Assembly: GCA_904063045.1 (NCBI GenBank)
Contig: CAJFCJ010000013.1
Coordinates: 602,156-666,155, forward strand
Length of the DNA stretch: 64,000 bases
Source of the DNA: Dimorphilus gyrociliatus
Taxonomy: Eukaryota; Animalia; Annelida
Direction of reading: 5' to 3'
How positions within the stretch are numbered: position 1 is the first letter of the stretch; each line of letters begins with the position of its first letter. The position numbers and the translations under genes were made by a program. This document shows positions 1 to 11,578 of this stretch, one piece after another. The notes beneath the pieces were generated by a model. That model was not told where the DNA came from. It made no database searches and saw only the letters and a list, made by a program, of their open reading frames with translations.

Positions 1-204
1 TTACACCTCAATAAAAGTATTTGTTGAAAGCAATAGGAATGTTGTATGAATTGCATTCTTACTTTTTTTTTTTAAATTACGATCAAATAGTTTTAATAGA
101 AAAATATCACTGGTTACCTACGCCTACCTGGAACTAACGAAACTGTTGTTTTCAATATGGCGGATTGTATACAAAAAAGATCTAACGTCTTCCGTTACAT
201 TTAA
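1..204 (+). CDS. Possible 3' end of an upstream gene (partial, unknown product)
   Basis: Open frame YTSIKVFVESNRNV, then a gtatga donor and ttttaatag acceptor at 99, then exon 100-204 KNITGYLRLPGTNETVVFNMADCIQKRSNVFRYI*. No recognisable motif. Confidence 0.3.
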
Positions 205-709
205 AGCGTCGGTCGTAGTGATTAAATGAAGTTTTAAGTATATCGAATAGTCTATTGATAAAGCTTATCTGAAATAAGCGCTGTTTTATTCAGTGCATAT
301 TCTCTTCTCATTCTCAACTTGTTCGTTTACACTGCGTAATCGTACTTGGCTGTCTTTACAAAAGCAATTCAACAGTAATAGATATAATACTTTTATTGGA
401 AACTTATCAATAGTACTGTTTGCCTTATCGATGATTGATAAGAGTAATTTTCAACGCGTCAGGTTTATGAATCATTGTTAATAAAGTAAGAAATTCTACC
501 TGATACCTGTACATCTGGAACCACTGTAAAACTATGTGATTAAAATAAGACATAACAATTTCGAAATCCTTTCTTACCTTTCCGTGACTTGTCTTACAAT
601 TGTTAAAACCTGTTGTTGAATTTTCCTTTTTTAACAGGCCTACAGATATAGTACAGAAGAATTTGAAAGGATTAAAAAATAATAACAACAAATTTTCATA
701 TATAACGAG

Positions 710-2095
710 ATGCCTGGCGTTTATGACGCCCCTTCTACAGAATACATATCTCAAGACGCCAATCAAAACGACGAGACACAGAAAATTTTACGTTCGGTAA
801 AAGAACAGGTAAGTTTCTTTTTAAGCATTCCATTCTTTCTAACAAAAATAACTAAATAGGCTTAATTAAGGTTAGGAAAAAGGTTTTTTTTTGTTAAATT
901 GTACGGCTTTCAAACTTTTTCCTCCTCCCATTTCCCGTTCTACCTCTAACCTTATACCGCTACCCCCTCTCCTTCCTCCCCGCTGATATTTTACTTTTCT
1001 AACGCTGGGCACCCACGCGTGAATTAAGTAAATAGGGTTGGACTGACGTAGCGCGTAAAAAATATAATATAATTTGTTTATGTAGCATTGATCGCATTCA
1101 CTGCCTTCTCTTAAAAAACGTTATAGTTAAAGGTGCCGCATCGCCTCGTTTACTTTCCTTCTTTAAACTCCTAAGAACATACAATTCTATCTCTTCTTCT
1201 ATTTATTTAATATTTAAAAGAATAGTGTAAATATTAATATTGTAATTATCTATTTACGTAGCTAACTTCCCAGTTTTTGTATTAAATCAGCTAAATTGCA
1301 AACTATATTGTATAATTAAAAAACAAAACAAAAAACAAAAAAGATTTTCTATTTGAGTGAGCTTTTGTGTGAATGATGCATGGTGCAGGAAGAGCAATTT
1401 GAACAACTGACGAGAGAACTAGAAGCGGAAAGACAAAGCGTCGCTCAACAGATCGAAAAATGCAAATTGGGATCGGAAACAGCCAGTATGAACAGCATTT
1501 CGGAAACGGATGAGAGTTATCCATGGAGAGCGCCTACACATACATCTCATACATCGACATCCGGTCATATAACGAATCAACTTCCACCTCCTATTGCTGA
1601 AGAGGAGAGCGACGCTGACAGTAAATTAAGCGGAACACAGCTAGTTGATTCTTATTTGTACGTCTTTTATCTAAATAGTATTTCTTCTCTCTACCATCTA
1701 TCACTCTTAGTCTTTTCCGTAAATTATCTCTTTTTTGCGTGTGCAGAGACGCAACAAGAGTCTATGAGCACAAAATTCCTCGTGCATGATGATTGTAGTG
1801 GCCTAAAGCTTAGAGTTTTATTTTTAAAAGAAAAAAAAAAGCGTGATTTTTAAAGAAGCAGATCTTCAATTCCTTAATTTTTTTCTTTATCATACCAAAG
1901 GGTATTATAATTTATAAACACTATCTCATGTTTTTTTTTCTTTTCCTACTAATAGATTTCGCTCACACTTTTCCATGATCCCTTTTAAAACTTTTTGAAT
2001 TTTAACATGCCTTCGCTCATTTAAACAGAAATTTTATGGAAATTTTTATTTTTTTATAAAAGCTATCATTTTTCATTTCCTTTATTATATGTATC

Positions 2096-2131
<36 letters not shown>

Positions 2132-5100
2132 CATATACAGTAAAAAGTAAATGTCAATCTCCTTTAGTCTATAAAAAAACCGTAAATTCTCTTTAAAGAG
2201 AAAGATTAGTACCACATTTTAACGCTATTTCGTTTTTACTTTAGGAGAGTATTGCATGAGAAAGGCTTATTGAACGAATAGTAAGTAAAAGTTTTGTCCT
2301 GTTTTTTATGAAAATATGAAAATATATAGGTTTGTTTGCAATGTATTATTTTACAGTACTCGTAATCGTCAGCCACCTGTGATGAATGACGGATCGAATC
2401 CTTATCATGGCCTAGATCAGAAGTGAGTTCTGTTCGCTTTAAGGTTAATGTTAATGACTTATGGTATACTTTAAGGGCATCAAGAGACTACGATCAGTCG
2501 GGGCAGTTGTCTAGTCATTATTCAGCTGGCGAAGACGATTCGTACTTGGGCTCCCCTTACGGTCAACCTGATCATCAACGACTTGCCGCTGCGTATAACG
2601 ATAATGGCAGAGAACACATTGCTGAAGATAGTAGACGTTACGACCCTGAAGACAGCAGGCGCTACGAATCTGAAGATAATAGACGTTACGCAGGTGACGA
2701 TAGTAGGCGCTATGAAGTTGACGATGGTCGACGTTACGAAACTGATGATGGCAGACGTTTCGAAGTTGACGATGGTAGACGTTACGAAACTGATGATGGC
2801 AGACGTTACGAGGCTAATGATAGTGTACGATATGAAGTTGACGAAGGTAGACGTTACGACGACGAGGAAGGTAGACGATTTGAGAGCGAAGAAAGTAGAA
2901 GATATGACGTGGATGATCGGCGATATAATACCGATGACAGGCGATATGATGCCGAAAATGCTAGGAGATACAATACTGAAGATAATGCTTATGGAAGGAA
3001 TAATAAGTACTATTCCCAGGACGTTGATGACAAATATGGGCAATATACTATGCAAGACAGACAGCAAGTATATCCGGAAGAAGACGAGAGACTACGACAC
3101 GAAGCTTATCGTGGTGGCTTAGAGAATCAATCAAAGAATATGCATTATAATGAAGACGCTCGAAACGGATCGTATGACGAACGGTTACCTGCCTACGGAT
3201 ACGATTCATCCATTGACAGGGCTCAAGCGGTTGCGGTTAGCAATTATTATAAGTCGGAATATGAAGGCGAGGAAAGTCCTTATGGAACCAGAGGGGTAAA
3301 TGGCCATGATCGTTACGAAGTTGAAGACGAATATCCCACTGGAGCTAAATTAAGCGAAACGTATCCAGAAGAAAATAACTACAGCCTCTCGGCTCGTGAT
3401 GCCCATCTTAAGAGAGTTCAGCCAGAACGTGACGTATATTTAGCGTCGGGTGGAAGTGGTGGTGGTGGTGAACCACTACCAAACAATTGGGCGGAACCCG
3501 AATATAATTCACAGAACTCTCATTGGTCATCAAACACGCCAAATCGATCTGCTCCTAATTTTCCTGGTTTGTATTTCATTATCATTTTACTATACTGACA
3601 TTGTAATTTTACAAGTACCAGCATGTGGTTGTTATTTGTATATTAGTTGGCATGTTTTTATTTTGGTTTTGTTTTTCTTTCTATTGAATTATAGCTGGAG
3701 AAGATAGCCGACTAGATAGATCTGAAGAAGAGACGCCACCGAAAGAAGGTGTTTAAAAATATTAATCTGTTTAGTTTTCCTTTGTCCATAATTCTCTACT
3801 AATCTATTCAAGTTTATGTGCAAAAAATCAGTTTCATATTACTGAATTAATGCTTTTATTAGATTTAGATTATTTTAAGTAATTCTTTAAACTCTAAACT
3901 AAATTTGTTAAAGACTTCCATATTTAATTATACTTGTTAATCAGTTGCTTTTAATTGTTATTATAAAATAGGCTACCCAAATGAATCGTGGAGGAATCCA
4001 GATTTATCTGAAGTTATAAACTTTCTTCGATATCCTTCTGATGTAATAAAAGCTAACGCGGCAGCCTATTTACAACATTTAACATTCAATGACGACGATA
4101 TGAAAGGAAAGACAAGAAGTTTAGGTGGAATTAAGGCTCTTGTTGAATTAGCTAATAGCAATACAAACGATTTGGTAAGAGCTGCGTGCGGAGCTTTGAG
4201 AAATTTATGCTATGGAAGGAAACATGATGAAAATAAACGAGAGATAAAAAAATACGGCGGCCTATCCGTAATGGATAAAATACTACAGAGGTCTGTTTTA
4301 TTAACTACTTTTAATTTATTTTTTTGCATTATTTTTACAGATAAAAATCCGTAAATAGTCATTTTATTAATTAGATTTTTTCATTTTATTCTATTTATAG
4401 GATTGATGATGTTGACATAAGGGAAATGGTCACTGGTATTTTATGGAATATGAGCTCTTGCGATGAAATAAAAAGACCCATCATTGACGAAGTTTTACAA
4501 ACTTTGGTCGATGAGATAATCGTCCCTCATTCCCCGGATAATAATAATGGTCATTACTCACAAGTCTCTTGGACAACAGTTTTTAGAAATGCATCGGGAA
4601 CACTGAGGAATATATCGTCTGATGGTATATACGCAAGGACAAGATTAAGAGAATGTGACAATTTGATAATTAGCCTAATAAATATACTGGGAGCAGCCGT
4701 AGGCCTGAATGACATAGATAATAAGAACGTTGAGAATTGCGTCTGCATCCTTCGAAATTTATCGTTTGCTTGCCAAGAAGTTGTTGATCCCGAGTATAAT
4801 AGGAGAAAGAAACAAGCGCCACAAGCACCATCATCGCCTACAGCAACTGGTTGTTTTGGTTCGAAAAAGAAGACGAACAATAATAATTCTAATAATCGAC
4901 CCCCACCGAACATACCAGTAACAGGTGTTAAAGGAAGCGTTCAATTGTTGTGGCATCCAACAACACTCAGGACACTTTTAAATATGATAAAAGAGTGTAC
5001 TAATCCAGCTACTCTCGAAGCTGGTGTTGGTGTAATACAAAATTTGGCTGCTTGCCAATGGAGTATAAGCGTTGAGTACAGGACATTAGTAAGATATGAA

Positions 5101-6023
5101 AGAGGTATGTCAGATATCTATGAGTTATTTGATGTCCAATCGGATGAAGTTATAAGAACGGCGGCATCAGCTTTAAGGAATTTATCTTTCGATACTAAAA
5201 ACAGAGATTTAGTGGCTATTCATGCTATGTTGAGGCTCATAATGAAATTACCGCCTTGGCAAACTTCTCAATCTATGCCTATCTCTAGCGATACAATAGC
5301 AACTATTCTAGCGACCTTGTACGAGATAACTAAAGATCATTCGGCGTTCTCTAGGTTAGTTAATAGATTCATACTTTTACGTCTTTTAGAATGACTTGTA
5401 CTATAATTATATTATTTTCACTTTCAGACAATTTTTAGAGAAGGGAGGAATGTCTAAGGTGGAACATTTGGCTAAATCACCAAAATATTCCGCTAAGGTT
5501 AACAAGTATGCCCTCTGTCTTTGGAATCAGTTATGGAAATTAAAGGAATTACACATGGACTATAAAATGGCTGGTTTTAAAGAAAATTCGGTTAATCAAT
5601 CAGGTGGTTCCAAGTAAGCGAAATATATAGATTATATATTTTTTATGGAATTCTTAAACACTTCTGTTTTTGTTTATTAGAACTAGTAATCGTTCTGCGC
5701 CCGAAATGTCTACTAAGAGTCTACAACGTCCCATAATGGATCAGAGCAGTCACGGAACGACAAATACAATGCCTTTAGTTCAAAGGGGCCCACCACCTAC
5801 AACCATCACTCAGCAGGAACGTTTTCACGCTCAAGATATGCGATCGCCGTCACCCTACGACACTGTGGATCGAAATTATAGGCCCATGGGAGCGGTACCA
5901 ATGTTCCCTGGGCTTGACGAACCTGATTCCGTCGTTTCCAGGGAACCTGTTTATGCTCAGGTTCGATCGCAATCCCAATACCCAAATGGGGCACCCTCTA
6001 ATAATGCTGATTCCTGGGTGTAA
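710..6023 (+). CDS. CTNND2: Delta-catenin / p120-catenin family armadillo protein (CTNND2/ARVCF/PKP4-like)
   Basis: Exons 710-808, 1389-1657, 2245-2280, 2357-2422, 2476-3566, 3695-3748, 3972-4290, 4401-5354, 5428-5613, 5681-6023, all GT-AG; phases checked through the 5' exons. N-terminal coiled coil [39 protein letters not shown]; ARM repeats ([41 protein letters not shown]); C-terminal PDZ-binding DSWV. Confidence 0.93.
2624..2995 (+). repeat. Coding tandem repeat of about 24 nt (8 aa, [DE][DE]xRRY[ED]x), about 15 copies, within delta-catenin
   Basis: [118 protein letters not shown] in ORF 2423..3598. Confidence 0.95.
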
Positions 6024-6852
6024 AAAGTTTTTCCCCCTATATATAGATATATATATATATACACTGTATATCGTATTGAATATTTTTTTTGTATTCTACA
6101 CACATCTCTATCTCTGTCATTTCTTTTTTTAGCAACATATCATACGGGCTGCTGTGATGAGATTAGCGAAAATATCTTTTTCAATTAACGTCTGTGATGA
6201 AGTTTTCAGCAATAATTTCGCATGTTTAGCATAATAACTATTACAAAAGAAAAGTTTATCTATATACACATATATAGGTGTACTGTATATATTAACGTAC
6301 ACATACGCTAATATAGAGGTATATACAGTATCAACTATAATATAGTATGTAAGCTGAAAAAATGTAGTTTTTCCACAATTTTTAGAAAAAAAAAATCAGA
6401 AAAAAATTTTTTATACACAATTATGTAAGAAAAATTTTTGTACACCTTATCAACCTTTTCATTTATTGGATGGGTAATAACAAAACCATGTATGCTCTTT
6501 AAAAACTGCTGACTTGTTTTCTTGTGTACAAAGTGTATATATATATAAAATATAATAAATTTATATATATTATATATACATATATATCTATATATAATAT
6601 ATGCAAATATATGAAATTTGTATTGATATACAGTATATATTTTTTATGTTTATTTATATATGCTGTATTGATCAACATAACGGATATATTTTATTTTCTA
6701 TTTTTCTAAAAAATTTTTGCAATCATTCTCATATTCGTTTGTTCCTGCAATCTCTGCTTTTTATTAAGTACCATACTCGAAAATTTTGTAAAAGCAAATT
6801 TAATACCATGTTTTGTTTTTTTTTAAATACACATTATTTACATGGTAAAATA

Positions 6853-9296
6853 TCAATCGACTTCTTCCTGCAATTCACTTGATTTCTTAAGGCCTTCATT
6901 ATTCATAAAATGTATTATTTTTTCGACACATGCATCTTGATAGTCGTGAATCCATCTAACATGAAAAATTTATAATTAGATATTGAAAGAGAATAAATTG
7001 AATGTATGAATATAATTAAACTAATTAAGGAAGAAGAGATTTATAGCAATTACCGTATACTATTAAATGAACAAATTGCCTTCATGTCGGAAGGCAGGCA
7101 TTCCGGTTGTGGCCATTTGAAATTCTCTTCGATTGGTATGATGTTTCGGCCAGCATCTATGGCAGCCGTAATTTCACGGTGAATCCAATCTTGATTACAG
7201 TCGTCTCCTATGCAACGTTCTAAAGCCTCGGGCGTCAGTATAAGTAAAAAGTGTCGAGTACCTCGGACGCTATCCAATAGCTTTTCGTCAAATTTGCCAG
7301 CCTGCAATTTTTCAATATCTAAGAAAACTCTATAACCGCGAACTTGTAGGTGAACCTTTAGTAGGCTGTATGAAGAGAAAATAAGTGATAAGTATAATGC
7401 AGTTGTAATAATAATAAAATACCTAGCGAGTAGAGAACCTCCCTTCCTTCGATAGCTGATAAACACGTCGTATTTATTCTCTGAATCTTGATTATCGATA
7501 GAGAGCATTGAAAATGAGGATCTACGCTTCAAAGAGTCCATTATCTTTAATCGGTCTATACCATTTGTTATATGGCAATCTCGATAAAGGTGCTCGTCAG
7601 TTAACATGCATAAAGTCTGCTTATCAACGCCACTTTGGTCCATTTGATAAGCGTAGACAGCTAAATCTTCTGATATACTTTTTAACCATTCTTCTAATAA
7701 TAAGGCGTTTCCTTCTAATTCATTTCGGATTTTTAAATCTTTGAGAGCTTTTAGAAATTTAATACGAGCGAAACAGCTGTTCATCCCCAGGCCATCTCGC
7801 AACATATCGTCGTCTAATCTCAATAATAAATCACCGTCGATCTTTTCCTTCTCGAACAACTCAATAAATTCAGAAAATCCAGTTAATTGTAGCCATTGTA
7901 CCACGTTGCAAGTACTCCAATAGGCTACCTTATTTGGTAGGAGATTTGGAACATCCCGTACTCCAACCGCTTCGAGGGCTTGGAGAGCAAACTTAGCAGC
8001 TAATTTATTACAGCTACCAGCTACTTTTTTTAAGGCAGGTATAGCTCCAATTTTTTCGATAACCTTTATGTCATCACTTTTGCGGACAAGTATAGCTGCT
8101 TCTACAGCGAAGTGGAAGGCAGCTAAACTTTGAGCTTCCGGTCGTTGGCAGGTTAATAAGGGAACTAGCTTTCTCATCCATTCATCTGTGTGACCGTGTA
8201 TGTGAGCAGTATCAGAAAAAGCGAAGCCGGACGGATCGTGCGTCTCTATAAATCCCTGTACGAGTTCTAGCGTACCGGACTCTTTCATAACGGGGGAAAA
8301 GGGATGGGATGCAGCTAGGGTTTCAATGGCCAAAAAGGCATAATAGCGGATCGAGTCATCATCGTTAAAAGCCAATGGAAACAACCAGTTGGGTACCCGT
8401 AGTTCTATCATCCGATTTTTTATCGAATTATCACCATACATTGCCAGATTAGCGAAGGCTTTAGCGCAATGACGTAGGGTCATTGTATTTGACGTCTTAC
8501 AAGCGTTTAAAAGTGTGTTTAGACCGCCGCATTGAACCAGTTTTGCGCAGGTTAGCTCTGAATGCTTGAATAAATGCTCCAATATTCCTGTACATGGTGT
8601 TTGTAGCAGTGTATCAGTATTTGATGCTGCAGTTAATTCAACAACTGCATTGAGGCCCTCGTCAACTATGACGTCACAGTTTTTAAGAGTCATACTCTGT
8701 TCAAGTAGTTTAGCAGCGTGCAAGCGGCTACCGGCCGATTGAGAACAGAGTTTTAATAAAATATGCACTCCGCCTGAAGTCCGAAGGGCATCGCACAGAC
8801 CGTGGGCAAATTCTTTTCCTACGATTGGTAGTGACCAGGCCTCAACTAGAATATCGTGCATCTCTTCTAAGCACCCTACCCTTTCTGTATCTGACCTAGC
8901 ATCTCTAACTAGAAGAACATTCTTTTTCCAAATTGGTAATGTATTTCTTAAAACAACTTGTACGTTTGGAGAGGCAGGATTATAATTTGCAAACATGCTG
9001 GCTGTTCTTCGAGAAATACAGCCAGATATTTCTTCTTTTTGTTTAATAGTCTGCAAACTGACCTTGAACTTTGGCGGTCCCTCTTCCTCTGACCTCGAAA
9101 GGTCCCAGTACACTCTAGAGTGCTGTGAAACATTATCAGTTGACTTAATGTTTTTATTATCCAAATGCAGTTCCGATTGAGATCTTTGCCAAGAATAAGA
9201 CGTAGTCGATTCTTTTTCTGTGTTCTTCCTTCCCATTTTATTCTCAGAATTTGTTCGGTGAAGCGAAGTCGGCGGTTCGTTCGATTCGTCGTCCAT
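6853..9296 (-). CDS. SARM1: SARM1 (ARM-SAM-SAM-TIR NAD+ hydrolase)
   Basis: Exons 9296-7423, 7365-7054, 6955-6853. ARM region (LRHCAKAFANLAMYG, WLFPLAFNDDDSIRYYA); two SAM domains (WSTCNVVQWL...IDGDLLLRL); TIR DVFISYRR...DIEKLQAGKFDEKL...DWIHREI with the catalytic Glu; last exon WIHDYQDACVEKIIHFM. Confidence 0.96.
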
Positions 9297-9454
9297 TTCT
9301 GCCGCTTCGTCTGCTCACATGCGATCGCAGCGACATCTGTGTTTTGAAACAAATACGTAGATAATAGTAACGCGAAGCCTTTAATACCAGTAAATCGATA
9401 ATTTATTGGTGTTTACGAGACTTCATTTTTTGTAATAATTTATTCACATATAAT

Positions 9455-11578
9455 CTATTTTATTGACGTTTTTTCAAATTTATCAATAATATTTTTAATT
9501 ATTACATCATGTCTCCGTTTTGAACTTCTCAACACCGGAGTGCTTCCGGAAGAGTTTGAACTTTGGCTTTCGGTTTCCGCTTCAGACGAAGTGGTTGTTT
9601 CTGGAGTATCAGGTGGAGGTTTAGGAAGTCTACGTATACTTCTAGGCGGACGCGGACGAACTGCAATACGTTTCATAAATCCGTACTGCTGTAATCGGTC
9701 CTATTAATTGAAATGTTAGTATGATTTTTTTAAAATAATTCCATTAATTATTATATCCTAATCTATTTACTTCAAATTCACTTTCCCACTGGATCGTATT
9801 TCGGCTTAGTTCGTCTGTCCAATCAAGTTTCGCAGCCAACTGCGCAACCGTATCAATTAAGTCACCTTTTTTAGTTCAAAAGCCAAATTTTAAGTATAAG
9901 AAAATTAGAAAAAAAAAGATTCCTACCACCAACAAATACATCATTCAAGCGTCCTTTTTTAGCAAATGGTCCAACAGCTTTCTTATTAAAAAGACATCTA
10001 GGCACGAAAAACTTGGCACGATCAATAATATTCGAGAATGGTTCAACCTGAAAGTTTTCGTAATAAAGAAAATGATATTAGAGAGAAATAGACAAATTAT
10101 ATATATATATATATATATTCGTGCCTGGAGCGAAGTTCCCATGATAAGAACCAAATCTGCGAATTTCATATCCGACACATACGAATAGAATTTGCTTGTT
10201 AGGTCCTCTCCAAAAAACACTACATCCGGCTTTACTAATCCCTTTTGAAAACAAATAACATCACTTTAGAAATGAATAAAAATGAAAAAAAGAAATAAAC
10301 TCATAAATATTTACGTTGCATCGGCGATTGGAACATCTGGGAATCTTATTGCTAAATATACTGTCCTATATAGGAGAAATATTTTAGTTTGAAATTTCAT
10401 TAATAAAAACTTAAAATAATCGGAAAGAAGTCCTACTTTACCTTGACATCTCCGGGAGATTGGGGAGATCTACAACGAGTACAGCTAGCTGTCTCAAATG
10501 TACCGTGAGCTTCGACGAGTTTACTATTTGGTATTCCACTTACTGCAATAGATTAGTTGTAATTATTATGGTAAAATTTTGCATATTTAGTAAGTTGATA
10601 TTACATTTTTCTAAGCCATCGATATTTTGTGTATAAACACGATGCAATAAATGTTTCTCATGCAGCAAACGAATAAAATAATGAACACTATTTGGTTTAT
10701 GCTTAACAGACGGATAAAGATCTTTAGCTAATGTGTAGAAAGGTCTAGGATTTGTACGAAAATAGTCCATGTCGAATATAGCTTCCGGATAGGGGATGTT
10801 GAATTTTTGCAAATTATAATAAAGTCCTGTCTTAGGTGATCTGTAAAAACAAAAAAAAGGCAAACGATTAAATGACAGGTACTGTAAGCAAATTGATGTA
10901 AAAGAAACTCTAGTGAATGTAAAAGGAGCTAATTACCTAAAATCAGGAATTCCAGAAGCCGTACTGACGCCCGCTCCAATAACCACGACGATATTTGTAG
11001 CTTGACCACGTGCAATTAGATTGGCAATATCTTCAAAAGTGTTACACTTTACGGTTCTCGGTTTGGAACTACTAAATAAAAAAAAATATCGATTGTATTA
11101 GAAGATTCAAAATAAAAAAAAAACAAATCCATATAGAATTGGAAAGAAGAAAAAAAATCAATTTCATTTTACCCAACATCTAAACGGCCAAAGCCGTCTA
11201 AAGCGGCACTCTTTCCTTTAGAGGCGGATCTTAAAGTTGCCCATCTATCATTTTGGAGGGTTTCGGAAGACTTAGCACGAATTTTTGCTATATACAGGAA
11301 AAACATAAAATTATAACTGGAAATGTGGTGAAAAAATAATAAATTAAACAAAAATTATTTAAATATACTTGTTATTCTAGGCATAACTTTGTGGTCAAAA
11401 ATACTGTTGGAGTGATGTGAACAAACTGTGTAGATAGTAATATTAATAAATATTAGTGACAGAATCCATTTTTACCAATTAAGGTTTGAATAAATGCTAA
11501 AGTTTTTGAACGTTGATTAATTTTGCGAGTTATCAACCCTCCTCCATATTTGTTACGCTTAGCAGCGAAAACTTGCAT
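9455..11578 (-). CDS. SIRT3: Class I sirtuin, SIRT3-like NAD+-dependent deacetylase
   Basis: Spliced motifs [75 protein letters not shown]. Basic N-terminus ([25 protein letters not shown]) is compatible with mitochondrial targeting. Start codon is inferred. Confidence 0.88.

Noticed and set aside
2522-3122. ORFs 2522..3067 (-) and 2583..3122 (+)
   Set aside because: Alternative-frame shadows of the 24-nt coding repeat in delta-catenin.
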